This document shows positions 26,364 through 40,364 of a stretch of DNA of 64,000 bases, piece after piece. How positions within the stretch are numbered: the stretch's first letter is position 1; every line of letters begins with the position of its first letter. The notes under the pieces were generated by a model. It searched no databases, was not told the origin of the DNA, and saw only the letters and a program-made list of their open reading frames with translations. Location of the stretch: assembly GCF_053078305.1 (NCBI RefSeq), contig NZ_CP166879.1, one strand, 5' to 3'. Both the position numbers and the translations under genes were made by a program.

Positions 26364-27128
26364 TTACTTACCAGAGGCGATACGATCACGGATGTGTTGC
26401 GCACGCTCTGTTGATGGTGGGTGAGAGTCAAACATGGACTGGGTGCGACCGCCATCCAGGCTAGCCAGTTTTTCAAAGCTGCCAACCAGCCCCTGGGTGC
26501 TGATGCCACGTTTCTTCAACAGATCAAAGGAGAAATCATCTGCTTCGGACTCTTTATCACGGGAGTATTTAGCATTGATAGCGCCTTCTGCGATATCGCC
26601 TAATTGTGAGCGGGAAAGCTGGGAAGCCACACCGCTGGTAGCTGAAATGGCATCGCGTGCGGCAACGATCGCATAAGAAGCTTTCATTTCAGCCAGCGAG
26701 TGACCCAACGCGACGTGGCCCAGTTCATGGCCCAGAACGCCTTCAATTTCGTTATCGTTCATCATGTCCATCAGGCCACTGTAAACACGAACACAGCCGT
26801 TCGCCATCGCCCATGCGTTGACGTCGCTGGTCATATAAACCTTATAGTTGACCGGCGTGCCATTAATATTGTTACCCAATGCTTTGGCGATTTTTGCCAG
26901 ACGTTTACCGTACTTGCTGGATTTACTTGCGACTTGATTGCCGCTGTCCATTTCGGCACAGCCCTGATTGGCAATCGCTTTTGCATCGGCATCGCTTAAC
27001 GTTGCTGCTTTATAGGCATTTAAACCGGAGCTGATAGCCATATTGGTATCAATACCGTGGGTATTTTGACACCCTGTCAGTAATGCTGCAGAGGTCGCAA
27101 TCGCCAGCAGTAATTTAGTATTCTTCAT
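26364..27128 (-). CDS. ycaL: M48-family metalloprotease lipoprotein YcaL
   Basis: 254 aa from MKNTKLLLAIATSAALLTGC (lipobox); HELGH zinc motif. Confidence 0.9.
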   Translation of the reverse strand: MKNTKLLLAIATSAALLTGCQNTHGIDTNMAISSGLNAYKAATLSDADAKAIANQGCAEMDSGNQVASKSSKYGKRLAKIAKALGNNINGTPVNYKVYMTSDVNAWAMANGCVRVYSGLMDMMNDNEIEGVLGHELGHVALGHSLAEMKASYAIVAARDAISATSGVASQLSRSQLGDIAEGAINAKYSRDKESEADDFSFDLLKKRGISTQGLVGSFEKLASLDGGRTQSMFDSHPPSTERAQHIRDRIASGK

Positions 27129-27225
27129 GTGAATCATCCGTTGATTAATCATATATAAATATTATGTATCAACAACTTACATTGACAAGCGACGCTACCA
27201 TTAATCAAAATGACTCACAAGGTCC

Positions 27226-27259
27226 GAAAAAAAACGCCGGCAATGTGCCGGCGTTTTGA
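27226..27259 (-). terminator. Intrinsic terminator after aroA
   Basis: ACGCCGGC-aatgt-GCCGGCGT hairpin flanked by A-run and T-run. Confidence 0.65.
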
Positions 27260-27296
27260 TAAAGAAAGATTTGGCTATTTATTGCCCGTTGCTCAT

Positions 27297-28580
27297 TCAG
27301 GCTGCCTGGCTAATCCGCGCCAGCTGCTCGAAATAATCCGGAAATGTTTTGGCCGTACATTTGGGATCAAGAATCGTCACTGGTGTATCTGACAACGCCA
27401 CCAGCGAAAAACACATCGCCATCCGGTGATCATTGTATGTCGCGATCTCGGCAAAGTTCAGTTTTTCCGGTGGAGTGATACGAATGTAATCGTGCCCCTC
27501 TTCTACTTCCGCACCGACTTTACGCAGTTCTGTTGCCATCGCAAACAGGCGATCGGTCTCTTTAACACGCCAGTTATAGATATTGCGCAGCGTGGTGGTG
27601 CCTTTTGCAAATAACGCCGCGGTGGCAATGGTCATCGCCGCATCGGGAATATGGTTCATATCCATATCAATAGCGTTCAGTTCACCACGCGTACAGGAAA
27701 TATAATCATCGCCCCAGCAAATGGTCGCGCCCATTTTTTCCAGCACATCAGCAAAGCGAATATCACCCTGCATACTGTTACGTCCAATACCGGTCACTTT
27801 TACAGTGCCGCCTTTGATTGCTGCTGCTGCCAGAAAGTAAGAAGCCGAAGATGCATCGCCTTCGACCAAATAAGTACCCGGAGACTGATAAGACTGCCCG
27901 CCTTTTACGACAAATTGTTGATAGTGCTGATTTTCAATTTCAACACCAAACGTCTTCATCAGATTGAGTGTGATGTCGATATAAGGTTTAGAAACCAGAT
28001 CGCCTTTAATACGAATCACCGTATCTTCCGGCGCAAGAGGCGCAGTCATTAACAGTGCGGTGAGGAATTGGCTGGAAACGGAGCCATCAACGTCAACGTT
28101 GCCGCCAGTAAAGCCGCCCTGTAAACGCAACGGCGGATAATTTTCTTGTTCCAGGTAAGTGATCTTCGCCCCGCCCAGGCGCAGCGCATCCACCAGATGA
28201 CCAATCGGGCGCTCTTTCATACGCGGCTCACCGGTCAGCACAATATCATTGCTACCCAGACAAAGAGCTGCCGCCAGCGGGCGCATTGCCGTTCCGGCAT
28301 TTCCGAGGAACAACTCCAGGGCACCTTCTGCGTGTAATGGACCGCCGTTACCGATAATTTCGCAACGCGTACGATCGGCTGAAAGCGTATAGCTTACCCC
28401 TAACGCTGCTAATGCATTCAGCATATGGCGCACGTCATCGCTATCCAGCAGATTGGTTAATACTGTTTTGCCGTGTGCTAATGCCGCCAGCAATAAAGCG
28501 CGGTTAGAAACGCTCTTGGAACCGGGCAGATTAATAGTGCCATCGACACGAGCGATGGGTTGTAACGTCAGGGATTCCAT
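27297..28580 (-). CDS. aroA: 3-phosphoshikimate 1-carboxyvinyltransferase (EPSP synthase)
   Basis: 427-aa [26 protein letters not shown]... Confidence 0.97.
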   Translation of the reverse strand: MESLTLQPIARVDGTINLPGSKSVSNRALLLAALAHGKTVLTNLLDSDDVRHMLNALAALGVSYTLSADRTRCEIIGNGGPLHAEGALELFLGNAGTAMRPLAAALCLGSNDIVLTGEPRMKERPIGHLVDALRLGGAKITYLEQENYPPLRLQGGFTGGNVDVDGSVSSQFLTALLMTAPLAPEDTVIRIKGDLVSKPYIDITLNLMKTFGVEIENQHYQQFVVKGGQSYQSPGTYLVEGDASSASYFLAAAAIKGGTVKVTGIGRNSMQGDIRFADVLEKMGATICWGDDYISCTRGELNAIDMDMNHIPDAAMTIATAALFAKGTTTLRNIYNWRVKETDRLFAMATELRKVGAEVEEGHDYIRITPPEKLNFAEIATYNDHRMAMCFSLVALSDTPVTILDPKCTAKTFPDYFEQLARISQAA

Positions 28581-28600
28581 GAACTCAACTCTCTACAACA

Positions 28601-28631
28601 GAAATAAAAACCCCACAGGCTGGCTGTGGGG
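28601..28631 (-). terminator. serC-aroA intercistronic hairpin (attenuator-like)
   Basis: On the minus strand CCCCACAG-ccagc-CTGTGGGG followed by a U-run, between the serC stop and the aroA start. Confidence 0.5.
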
Positions 28632-28650
28632 ATTAAGCAAAATTTCGGCA

Positions 28651-29739
28651 TTAACCGTGACGGCGTTCGAACTCAACCATGAAGTCTGTCAGCGCTTTAA
28701 CGCCTTCCAGCGGCATGGCATTATAAATAGACGCGCGCATTCCGCCGACCACACGGTGACCTTTCAGTGCATGAAGGCCTGCAGCAAAAGACTCTTCAAG
28801 GAACAATTTGTCAAGCGCACTGTCCGCCAACTGGAACGGCACGTTCATCCGCGAACGGTTAGCTTTCGCCACGTCATTGCGGTAGAAATCGCTGTTATCA
28901 ATCACCCCATATAGCAGTTCTGCTTTTTGCTGATTGATTTTATCCATTTCAGCTACACCGCCGTTCGCTTTCAGCCATTTAAAGACCAGACCAGACAGAT
29001 ACCAGGCAAATGTCGGCGGCGTGTTAAACATGGAGCCATTATCGTTGAGGATGGAATAATCCAGAATCGACGGACACGCGACATTCGCTTTGCCCAGCAA
29101 ATCTTCACGGACGATGACGATTGTCAGGCCTGCCGGGCCGATATTTTTCTGCGCGCCAGCGTAAATCACGCCATAACGGCTGACGTCAATCGGACGGGAA
29201 AGAATGGTTGAAGAGAAGTCGGCGGCAACCACCACATCTTTGCCGAAGTCTGGCGTTTCGTCGATGGCGATACCGTCGATGGTTTCATTCGGGCAGTAAT
29301 GCATATAAGCAGCATTATCAGAGAGTTGCCATTCACGCATTGGCTTAACCGCGCGCAGACCATCAACAGTCACTTTGGCGTCAAAGACATTAGGCGTGCA
29401 GTATTTTTTCGCTTCTTTAATGGCACTTGCCGCCCAGTAACCGGCATCAACATAATCTGCGGTGGTTTTATCACCGAGAATATTCAGCGGTACCGCAGCA
29501 AACTGACCGCGACCACCGCCATGGCAGAATAATACCTTGTAGTTGGAGGGGACATTAAGAAGATCGCGAAAATCCTTCTCGGCTTCCTCTGCAACCTGAA
29601 TGAACTCTTTGCCACGGTGACTCACTTCCATCACCGACGTACCAAGACCGTTCCAGTCGCGCAGTTCCTGTTGAGCCTGTTTAAGCACCTCTGCCGGTAG
29701 CATTGCCGGACCAGAACTAAAATTGAAGATTTGAGCCAT
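28651..29739 (-). CDS. serC: Phosphoserine aminotransferase
   Basis: 362-aa [18 protein letters not shown]... Confidence 0.97.
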   Translation of the reverse strand: MAQIFNFSSGPAMLPAEVLKQAQQELRDWNGLGTSVMEVSHRGKEFIQVAEEAEKDFRDLLNVPSNYKVLFCHGGGRGQFAAVPLNILGDKTTADYVDAGYWAASAIKEAKKYCTPNVFDAKVTVDGLRAVKPMREWQLSDNAAYMHYCPNETIDGIAIDETPDFGKDVVVAADFSSTILSRPIDVSRYGVIYAGAQKNIGPAGLTIVIVREDLLGKANVACPSILDYSILNDNGSMFNTPPTFAWYLSGLVFKWLKANGGVAEMDKINQQKAELLYGVIDNSDFYRNDVAKANRSRMNVPFQLADSALDKLFLEESFAAGLHALKGHRVVGGMRASIYNAMPLEGVKALTDFMVEFERRHG

Positions 29740-29937
29740 TTCCCCTCACCACGTTGCGTTGCTATTAACCCGCGGTCAATCGATTGCGACCACAGGTAAT
29801 ACATTATTCCTGTGGCTATCGGTTTTATCATTCAGTGACACACATCGCAATGAGTAAAACCGTTGAGGGCAAAAATGTGGCTTGCATCACACAAAAGAAT
29901 CTCTCGGATTATTAGCAAAAAGCCGATGTTTTTACTG

Positions 29938-30630
29938 TCAGGTCACCCGTTTTGCCCGACTTGCCTTCGTCCATTCTGGATTTGCACAGCGCGGACATAA
30001 TTGTTTTTCCCCCGCTTTCATATGAATGATTTCACTACAACGAATACAGGCATAGTCCGCCGACTCCGGCACCACTTTGTAACGCTGCGTACAATCACTG
30101 GGTAAAATAAGTAAACCCGGTTTCACCTTGTCATCTTCAAAGAAATAGACACTGATTTGCCCGTTGGTTTCGAGAATCGCCAGACGTACTTGCCCCAACT
30201 GCTCTACACCGCGCAATCGTAGCTCCATAAAGAACTCAAATTCCGTCATGTTGGAGTTATTGAGTTTCGACCAGGCCAGCTCGCCATCTTCAATAATGAC
30301 AACCGGCTTACCTTCCAGAAGATCTTCCAGTTTTTCACTGTGTGCCATCAACCACATTACCAGGCGGTATAACAACGCCAGAGTGATAAAGACGATAAGT
30401 ACCGGGACCATCGGCACATCATCATAAAACGCCACATCTCCCGCCGCTGACCCCAGCGTCAGAATGATTAACACTTCAAACAGCGACATCTGCCGCACTC
30501 CGCGTCTTCCGGTCATTTTGAGGAACAAAAAAACCAGTACAAAGGTGTACAGACTACGTAGTGCAACTTCGCCAAGGAAATCAAAAGGCACTTTATCAAA
30601 TGCCATACGGTGGAGATCGAACGCCTTCAT
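29938..30630 (-). CDS. ycaP: Inner membrane protein YcaP (DUF421 family)
   Basis: 230-aa ORF with transmembrane segments and a C-terminal CxxC pair; conserved position. Confidence 0.85.
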   Translation of the reverse strand: MKAFDLHRMAFDKVPFDFLGEVALRSLYTFVLVFLFLKMTGRRGVRQMSLFEVLIILTLGSAAGDVAFYDDVPMVPVLIVFITLALLYRLVMWLMAHSEKLEDLLEGKPVVIIEDGELAWSKLNNSNMTEFEFFMELRLRGVEQLGQVRLAILETNGQISVYFFEDDKVKPGLLILPSDCTQRYKVVPESADYACIRCSEIIHMKAGEKQLCPRCANPEWTKASRAKRVT

Positions 30631-30759
30631 TTTTATGCTCTTAACGTGGTTTATCCGCTAAAAGCATAGTCAACAGTTCATCGGCATGGCGGCGGTGATA
30701 GCGCCTTTGAGATAAAACCCGTATTATTGCGCGCTTTCCGTACGACTAAAGTGATTTTC

Positions 30760-32520
30760 ATGACGCAAACATTTATCCCCGGCAAAGATGCCGCACTGGA
30801 AGATTCCATCGCTCGCTTCCAGCAAAAACTTTCAGACCTCGGCTTTCAGATTGAAGAGGCCTCCTGGCTGAATCCCGTGCCTAACGTCTGGTCTGTACAT
30901 ATTCGCGACAAAGAGTGCGCACTGTGTTTTACCAACGGTAAAGGCGCAACCAAGAAAGCGGCGCTGGCTTCTGCACTCGGTGAATATTTCGAGCGTCTCT
31001 CAACCAACTACTTTTTTGCTGATTTCTGGCTGGGCGAAACCATCGCCAACGGTCCATTTGTGCATTATCCCAACGAAAAATGGTTCCCACTGACCGAAAA
31101 TGACGATGTGCCAGAAGGGCTGCTCGATGACCGTCTGCGCGCATTTTACGATCCGGAGAATGAATTGACCGGCAGTATGCTGATTGACCTACAATCCGGT
31201 AACGAAGATCGTGGTATTTGCGGTCTGCCGTTTACGCGCCAGTCCGACAATCAGACCGTTTATATTCCGATGAATATCATTGGTAACCTGTACGTTTCTA
31301 ACGGTATGTCTGCTGGCAATACCCGTAACGAAGCACGCGTTCAGGGGTTGTCCGAAGTTTTCGAACGCTACGTGAAAAACCGCATTATTGCTGAAAGCAT
31401 CAGCTTGCCGGAAATCCCGGCAGACGTGCTGGCGCGTTACCCAGCGGTGGTTGAAGCGATCGAAACACTGGAAGCAGAAGGTTTCCCGATCTTCGCATAT
31501 GATGGTTCCCTTGGCGGCCAGTATCCGGTGATTTGCGTGGTACTGTTTAATCCTGCTAACGGCACCTGCTTTGCCTCTTTCGGTGCGCATCCTGATTTTG
31601 GCGTAGCACTGGAACGTACAGTGACCGAGCTGCTGCAAGGTCGTGGCCTGAAAGATTTGGATGTGTTTACTCCGCCAACCTTCGATGATGAAGAAGTCGC
31701 TGAACATACCAACCTCGAAACGCACTTTATCGATTCCAGCGGTTTAATCTCCTGGGACCTGTTCAAGCAGGATGCCGATTATCCGTTTGTGGACTGGAAT
31801 TTCTCCGGCACCACGGAAGAAGAGTTTGCTACGCTGATGGCTATCTTCAACAAAGAAGATAAAGAAGTTTATATTGCCGATTACGAGCATCTGGGCGTTT
31901 ATGCTTGCCGTATTATCGTGCCTGGCATGTCCGATATTTATCCGGCTGAAGATCTGTGGCTCGCGAATAACAGTATGGGCAGCCATTTACGTGAAACGAT
32001 TCTTTCGCTACCAGGCAGCGAGTGGGAAAAAGAAGATTACCTGAACCTCATCGAGCAACTGGATGAAGAAGGTTTTGATGACTTTACCCGCGTGCGTGAG
32101 CTGTTGGGTCTGGCGACCGGGTCGGATAACGGTTGGTACACCCTGCGTATCGGTGAATTAAAAGCCATGCTGGCGCTGGCTGGTGGCGATCTGGAACAGG
32201 CTCTGGTCTGGACCGAATGGACGATGGAGTTTAACTCATCGGTATTCAGCCCGGAACGCGCCAACTATTATCGCTGCCTGCAAACGTTGTTATTACTGGC
32301 ACAGGAAGAAGATCGCCAGCCGCTGCAATATCTGAATGCGTTTGTTCGCATGTACGGCGCAGATGCCGTGGAAGCCGCCAGTGCGGCAATGAGCGGCGAA
32401 GCGGCGTTTTATGGCTTGCAACCAGTAGATAGCGATCTGCACGCGTTTGCTGCACATCAGTCGCTGTTGAAGGCCTACGAAAAGCTGCAGCGCGCCAAAG
32501 CAGCATTCTGGGCAAAATAA
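30760..32520 (+). CDS. ycaO: YcaO-domain protein (ribosomal protein S12 methylthiotransferase accessory factor)
   Basis: 586 aa from MTQTFIPGK; the ORF-track start 11 codons upstream is rejected. Confidence 0.9.
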   Translation: MTQTFIPGKDAALEDSIARFQQKLSDLGFQIEEASWLNPVPNVWSVHIRDKECALCFTNGKGATKKAALASALGEYFERLSTNYFFADFWLGETIANGPFVHYPNEKWFPLTENDDVPEGLLDDRLRAFYDPENELTGSMLIDLQSGNEDRGICGLPFTRQSDNQTVYIPMNIIGNLYVSNGMSAGNTRNEARVQGLSEVFERYVKNRIIAESISLPEIPADVLARYPAVVEAIETLEAEGFPIFAYDGSLGGQYPVICVVLFNPANGTCFASFGAHPDFGVALERTVTELLQGRGLKDLDVFTPPTFDDEEVAEHTNLETHFIDSSGLISWDLFKQDADYPFVDWNFSGTTEEEFATLMAIFNKEDKEVYIADYEHLGVYACRIIVPGMSDIYPAEDLWLANNSMGSHLRETILSLPGSEWEKEDYLNLIEQLDEEGFDDFTRVRELLGLATGSDNGWYTLRIGELKAMLALAGGDLEQALVWTEWTMEFNSSVFSPERANYYRCLQTLLLLAQEEDRQPLQYLNAFVRMYGADAVEAASAAMSGEAAFYGLQPVDSDLHAFAAHQSLLKAYEKLQRAKAAFWAK

Positions 32521-32851
32521 AATCAAATAGCCTACGCAATGTAGGCTTAATGATTCGTCTGAGTTATATTACGGGGCGTTTTTTTAATGCCCCGCTTTAC
32601 ATATATTTGCATTAATAAAATAATTGTAATTATAAGGTTAAATATCGGTAATTTGTATTTAATAAATACGATCGATATTGTTACTTTATTCGCCTGGTGC
32701 TCCCTTTTAATTAACTGTTTTAGCGGAGGATGCGGAAAAAATTCAACTCATTTGTTAATTTTTAAAATTTATTTTTATTTGGATAATCAAATATTTACTC
32801 CGTATTTGCATAAAAACCATGCGAGTTACGGGCCTATAAGCCAGGCGAGAT

Positions 32852-32880
32852 ATGATCTATATCAATTTCTCATCTATAAT
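32852..32880 (+). promoter_or_regulatory. focA-pflB promoter: FNR site (aTGAT-ctat-ATCAA) with downstream TATAAT -10
   Basis: Near-consensus FNR dyad at 32852-32865 and TATAAT at 32875-32880 in the AT-rich focA upstream region. Confidence 0.6.
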
Positions 32881-32925
32881 GCTTTGTTAGTATCTCGTCG
32901 CCGACTTAATAAAGAGAGAGTTAGT

Positions 32926-33783
32926 GTGAAAGCTGACAACCCTTTTGATCTTTTACTTCCTGCTGCAATGGCCAAAGTGGCCGAAGAGGCGGGTGTCTAT
33001 AAAGCAACGAAACATCCGCTTAAGACTTTCTATCTGGCGATTACCGCCGGTGTTTTCATCTCAATCGCATTCGTCTTCTATATCACAGCAACCACTGGCA
33101 CAGGCACAATGCCCTTCGGCATGGCAAAACTGGTTGGCGGCATTTGCTTCTCTCTGGGGCTGATTCTTTGTGTTGTCTGCGGAGCCGATCTCTTTACTTC
33201 CACAGTGTTGATTGTTGTTGCTAAGGCGAGTGGGCGCATCACCTGGGGTCAGTTGGCTAAAAACTGGCTAAATGTCTATTTTGGCAACCTGGTCGGCGCA
33301 CTGCTGTTTGTACTTTTAATGTGGCTTTCCGGCGAGTATATGACCGCAAATGGTCAATGGGGACTAAACGTCCTACAAACCGCCGACCACAAAGTGCACC
33401 ATACTTTTATTGAGGCCGTCTGCCTTGGTATCCTGGCAAACCTGATGGTATGTCTGGCAGTATGGATGAGTTATTCTGGCCGCAGCCTGATGGACAAAGC
33501 GTTTATCATGGTGCTGCCGGTCGCGATGTTTGTTGCCAGCGGTTTTGAGCACAGTATCGCAAACATGTTTATGATCCCGATGGGTATTGTAATCCGCGAC
33601 TTCGCATCTCCGGAATTCTGGACCGCTGTCGGTTCTGCACCGGAAAATTTTTCTCACCTGACCGTGATGAACTTCATCACTGATAACCTGATTCCGGTTA
33701 CGATCGGTAATATTATCGGCGGTGGTTTGTTGGTTGGGTTGACATACTGGGTCATTTACCTGCGTGAAAACGATCACCATTAA
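32926..33783 (+). CDS. focA: Formate channel FocA (GTG start)
   Basis: 285 aa from V/MKADNPFDLLLPAAMAK, GTG at 32926 in frame; the 398-aa ORF-track version runs through the AT-rich promoter region. Confidence 0.9.
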   Translation: MKADNPFDLLLPAAMAKVAEEAGVYKATKHPLKTFYLAITAGVFISIAFVFYITATTGTGTMPFGMAKLVGGICFSLGLILCVVCGADLFTSTVLIVVAKASGRITWGQLAKNWLNVYFGNLVGALLFVLLMWLSGEYMTANGQWGLNVLQTADHKVHHTFIEAVCLGILANLMVCLAVWMSYSGRSLMDKAFIMVLPVAMFVASGFEHSIANMFMIPMGIVIRDFASPEFWTAVGSAPENFSHLTVMNFITDNLIPVTIGNIIGGGLLVGLTYWVIYLRENDHH

Positions 33784-33837
33784 TGGTTGTCGAAGTACGC
33801 AGTAAATAAAAAATCCACTTAAGAAGGTAGGTGTTAC

Positions 33838-36120
<2,283 letters not shown>

Positions 36121-36159
36121 TTAGATTTGACTGAAATCGTACAGTAAAAAGCGTACAAT

Positions 36160-36189
36160 AAAGGCTCCACGAAAGTGGGGCCTTTTTTA
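36160..36189 (+). terminator. pflB intrinsic terminator
   Basis: GGCTCCAC-gaaa-GTGGGGCC hairpin (GNRA loop) followed by TTTTTT. Confidence 0.65.
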
Positions 36190-36311
36190 GCACGAGAGCC
36201 TTTTTTGTCAGCTATCTATACTTTAAGGTGACTGCCAAAACAGACTCGACGTAGCCTTCGAGCTGCGCACCAACACGGCCTCAGATGGGCCACATCTGGA
36301 GAAACACCGCA

Positions 36312-37052
36312 ATGTCAGTTATTGGTCGCATTCACTCCTTTGAATCCTGTGGAACCGTAGACGGCCCAGGTATTCGCTTTATCACCTTTTTCCAGGGCTG
36401 CCTGATGCGCTGCCTGTATTGTCATAACCGCGACACCTGGGACACGCATGGCGGTAAAGAAGTTACCGTTGAAGATTTGATGAAGGAAGTGGTGACCTAT
36501 CGCCACTTTATGAACGCTTCCGGCGGCGGCGTTACCGCATCCGGCGGTGAAGCAATCCTGCAAGCTGAGTTTGTTCGTGACTGGTTCCGCGCCTGTAAAA
36601 AAGAAGGCATTCATACCTGTCTGGATACCAACGGTTTTGTTCGTCGTTACGATCCGGTGATTGATGAACTGCTGGAAGTAACCGACCTGGTAATGCTCGA
36701 TCTCAAACAGATGAACGACGAGATCCACCAAAATCTGGTTGGAGTTTCCAACCACCGCACGCTGGAGTTCGCTAAATATCTGGCGAACAAAAATGTGAAG
36801 GTGTGGATCCGCTACGTTGTTGTCCCAGGCTGGTCTGACGATGACGATTCAGCGCATCGCCTCGGTGAATTTACCCGTGATATGGGTAACGTTGAGAAAA
36901 TCGAACTTCTCCCCTACCACGAACTGGGCAAACACAAATGGGTGGCGATGGGTGAAGAATACAAACTCGATGGTGTTAAACCACCGAAGAAAGAAACTAT
37001 GGAACGCGTGAAAGGCATTCTTGAGCAGTACGGTCATAAGGTAATGTTCTAA
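36312..37052 (+). CDS. pflA: Pyruvate formate-lyase activating enzyme (radical SAM)
   Basis: 246 aa from [20 protein letters not shown]; radical-SAM CxxxCxxC motif (CLYCHNRD). Confidence 0.97.
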   Translation: MSVIGRIHSFESCGTVDGPGIRFITFFQGCLMRCLYCHNRDTWDTHGGKEVTVEDLMKEVVTYRHFMNASGGGVTASGGEAILQAEFVRDWFRACKKEGIHTCLDTNGFVRRYDPVIDELLEVTDLVMLDLKQMNDEIHQNLVGVSNHRTLEFAKYLANKNVKVWIRYVVVPGWSDDDDSAHRLGEFTRDMGNVEKIELLPYHELGKHKWVAMGEEYKLDGVKPPKKETMERVKGILEQYGHKVMF

Positions 37053-37057
37053 TTTCC

Positions 37058-37096
37058 CCGTAAAGCGGCAACTTTATTGAGTTGCCGCTTTTTTAT
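37058..37096 (+). terminator. pflA intrinsic terminator
   Basis: AAGCGGCAAC-tttattga-GTTGCCGCTT 10-bp stem followed by a T-run. Confidence 0.7.
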
Positions 37097-37261
37097 TCCG
37101 CGCTGCATAAATAATTCAGAGCTCTATTTCTCACGCCCTTACAGCACAGCTTCCAAATGTATTACCCAAACCGCCAGTATATGTCCTGCGGCTTGCGCGC
37201 ATTTCTCGATTATGTAAAAACGGGTCAGATCTGCCAGAGTCAGCATCACCGACCACAATAA

Positions 37262-38692
37262 TTATTTACTATTCGCTTTACGCGCCAGCAGCGGGAATAT
37301 CAGTCCTAATCCTACCAGCACAAACGGCGTTGCAACATTCAGCGCCAACTGGAAGGTCCACTCTGCAGTGAAGGCTTCCATTTTCGGGAAGATCCCCGTC
37401 AAACAGGCAAAGGCGGTAAAGGCAAAACACCAAATCCCGACGGTCATTGCCAGAGGCTTATTACGAATAAAGACATATTCTGGTTTATATTTCTGCGCCA
37501 GGCGAACGACTGCAATAAATGCAACAAATACCCATAAATAACGCAGCGGCATCACTACCGAGTTAAGATTCAACAGCCATTTATAGAGATTGTTCATATC
37601 ACCGATGCCGAGAGTCGGCAGCATAATCAGAATTGCCACCAGCACCAGGGTCAGAAAATAGCCATTAACGGGCGTACCAGAAGCGTTGGTACGACATAAA
37701 CTGGCTGGAATATATTTGCTGTCAGCATCACCTAATAGCACTTTAAGCGGGGCATCAATCGAGAATACCAGCGCAGCTACTTGTCCCAGGGTATTCGCAA
37801 TGGCGTAAATCACCATTAAAGTATTACCCATGTTGTAATACTCGCCCAGCTTCTGAAAAGCGTAATATTGACCGTTAGTCATTAAGTCATCCGGGATATT
37901 ACGCGAGTCAAACATCATCCCCATCGCCAGTGAGCCCAGAATGGCACAAACCGCAACCATCACCGCCAAGCATAGCATCCCTTTTGGAAATTCTTTTCCT
38001 GGGTTGCGCGTTTGATTAACGTAAGGAGAAATCTTCTCTGCTCCGCCAACCGCGAAAACCAGCATTGAAATAGTGGTAATGTAGGTAAAGTCGATATGAG
38101 GAATGAACGTTTCCCAGGTAATGTTTGTGGTCGCAATATGCACTTCAGTAATCGCAGGCGCGGTTACCGCCATCGCCACATACAGGAGCGACATAACAAA
38201 CATCGCAATCCCTGCCACAGAACCGACGATTTTCAGCGATTTCATACCGCGTGAAGCAACCCACATAAAGAAGATAAACAGCACCAGCGTTAACCCCTGT
38301 AACGCTACGACTGAATATTCTTTGATTAGCGAACCGTCGCCTTTCATCGCCCAACCGAGCGCAATCAGTATTGCCTGGGGTTTTTGTGCCAGATAGGGAA
38401 TATGCACCACCCAGTAGGTCCACGCGGCGAGGTAAGCCAGTCCGGGTCCCATCGTGTGTTTAATCCAAGTACTGACCCCGCCTTTCCCATCTTTGAAGGT
38501 CGAGCCTAACTGACCAACAATTAGCGCATAAGGTGTGAAATAGAGCGCAAAGATAAACACCCATGAAAAAACAACCACCAGCCCCTGGTTGGCATAGTTA
38601 TTAACAACGTTGCCAAAACCCCAGACAGTGATAAAAGACATCAGCGCAATGTTGTACCATCGCAGCTGTTTTTCCTGAACATTCCCAGCCAT
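37262..38692 (-). CDS. ycaM: APC-family amino acid transporter YcaM
   Basis: 476 aa from MAGNVQEKQLRWYNIAL; polytopic membrane protein; the ORF-track start is 64 codons longer. Confidence 0.85.
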   Translation of the reverse strand: MAGNVQEKQLRWYNIALMSFITVWGFGNVVNNYANQGLVVVFSWVFIFALYFTPYALIVGQLGSTFKDGKGGVSTWIKHTMGPGLAYLAAWTYWVVHIPYLAQKPQAILIALGWAMKGDGSLIKEYSVVALQGLTLVLFIFFMWVASRGMKSLKIVGSVAGIAMFVMSLLYVAMAVTAPAITEVHIATTNITWETFIPHIDFTYITTISMLVFAVGGAEKISPYVNQTRNPGKEFPKGMLCLAVMVAVCAILGSLAMGMMFDSRNIPDDLMTNGQYYAFQKLGEYYNMGNTLMVIYAIANTLGQVAALVFSIDAPLKVLLGDADSKYIPASLCRTNASGTPVNGYFLTLVLVAILIMLPTLGIGDMNNLYKWLLNLNSVVMPLRYLWVFVAFIAVVRLAQKYKPEYVFIRNKPLAMTVGIWCFAFTAFACLTGIFPKMEAFTAEWTFQLALNVATPFVLVGLGLIFPLLARKANSK

Positions 38693-38901
38693 AGACAAAT
38701 CCTTCGCCAAAATTAAAGGGGCATCTGTAAAACGAGGGATTATGCGCGGCAAATAAGAAGTGCGGAAATAGCGAAATGCAAAATTATAACCTGCTGCACA
38801 TTTTATTTTTAAACGAATAAAATTTGGAAAAAAGCAAGTCAGATAGAAGAAACAAAAAAGCAGAGTGTGAAACAGTAAGTTCACACTCTGCTTGAATTCA
38901 T

Positions 38902-40050
38902 TTACACGTGAGCAACGGGTTTCGGCGTATGACCGGCGTTGCGAAGCAGCATCAGCAAATAGATAAACGATACGCTGGCGATCATGATAAACAATAAATT
39001 ATCGGAGAAATTCTGCATTAGCATAGCGGTAAATGACGGGCCAAGCAGACTTCCCACGGTATAGCTCAACAGTAAGGCCTGGTTCATCGCCACCAGTTGA
39101 TGATGTTCAACTTTCTCGCAAGCCCAGGCCATCGCCACCGGATATAGCGTAAAGCCAGCGGCACCGAGGATGAATAACGCTGGGGCCATCGCCGCCTGGC
39201 TAAGCATCGCGATACTGCCGAGAATGACGACAAAGACCTGAACACGCAACACCAGCAGTCGACCAAACTTATCCGCCAGACGTCCAATCGGCCATTGTCC
39301 GAGGATACCCGCACTGACCAGTACCGCCATCCAGAAACCAATGCTGGCATTGCTCACCCCTTTGTGATTGAGGTACAACGGCATCAGGCCATATAGAGAT
39401 CCCAGAACGATTCCTGAGATAATGCAGCCATTCACGCCAAGCCGCGCCTGACGGAGTTTTAGCATTGACGTAATTGACGTCGAATCATGGTTTTCAGCCT
39501 GCTGATTCAGGACACGCGTAAACAACAGCGGTAAGATCCCTGCCAACGTCAAACCTGTAACCCACGGCAATACGCTCATCAGCTCGGTTGAGACTTTGCT
39601 GACCAGTAACTGGCCTAAAAACGTTCCCACGTAATAAACCATCATATACGCAGCAAGCAAACGCCCACGGTTACGTGACGTCCCACTGCACATCAGCGCG
39701 CTCTCAACGACTACCCAAATCATGGCACAGCCGACGCCCGCGACAAAACGCCACGCCAACCAGCTCCAGAAACCAATCATCAGGCCAAGGCCGGCACAGC
39801 CAGCGGCAAAAATGAAGGAGGCCAGATAATAGCTGCGGTTAAAGCCAATGCGTTTAATGACATACCCTGTCAGCAATGTACCGACAAGGTTGCCGGTAAA
39901 ATAGGATGAGCTGACAACGCCTACCTGCCATGTGGACATGTGTTCCTGGGCGAGCCAAAGCGGCACGAGTGTATTTAACACCGCGATCGCCAGAGTCAAC
40001 AAAAGCAGGCCAGACAGCAAAAGCATGACAGGCCGGGTATACGTGGACAT
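38902..40050 (-). CDS. ycaD: MFS transporter YcaD
   Basis: 382-aa ORF with 12 predicted transmembrane segments. Confidence 0.9.
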   Translation of the reverse strand: MSTYTRPVMLLLSGLLLLTLAIAVLNTLVPLWLAQEHMSTWQVGVVSSSYFTGNLVGTLLTGYVIKRIGFNRSYYLASFIFAAGCAGLGLMIGFWSWLAWRFVAGVGCAMIWVVVESALMCSGTSRNRGRLLAAYMMVYYVGTFLGQLLVSKVSTELMSVLPWVTGLTLAGILPLLFTRVLNQQAENHDSTSITSMLKLRQARLGVNGCIISGIVLGSLYGLMPLYLNHKGVSNASIGFWMAVLVSAGILGQWPIGRLADKFGRLLVLRVQVFVVILGSIAMLSQAAMAPALFILGAAGFTLYPVAMAWACEKVEHHQLVAMNQALLLSYTVGSLLGPSFTAMLMQNFSDNLLFIMIASVSFIYLLMLLRNAGHTPKPVAHV

Positions 40051-40364
40051 GAATTAAAACCGTGAGGAAGTTCAAATTTCATGCGCATCATGCCACCGCC
40101 AAAAACATTGTCAATGGGTGAAAATACGCGCATATCGCAGCGGCGGTATTATCGATTTATATTACTCATTCATAACGCTAATACTGAAGAGATGATTAAT
40201 CTCATCTGATTGTTTTTATTGATCTAACACAAATTTCATACGCTTCGTTCAGTCGAAAAATTTCATGGTCACAGCAAACTCATATTTCCCGTCTATGCTT
40301 TCAGAGCAATGCATCGCGTCTGACCGATTTCAGACGTACCACTGACTCTCGAAAGGAGAAGAGG

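Noticed and set aside
32587-32925. N-terminal extension of focA to 398 aa in the ORF track
   Set aside because: The extension runs through the AT-rich promoter region containing the FNR site and TATAAT; the recognised FocA sequence begins at the in-frame GTG at 32926
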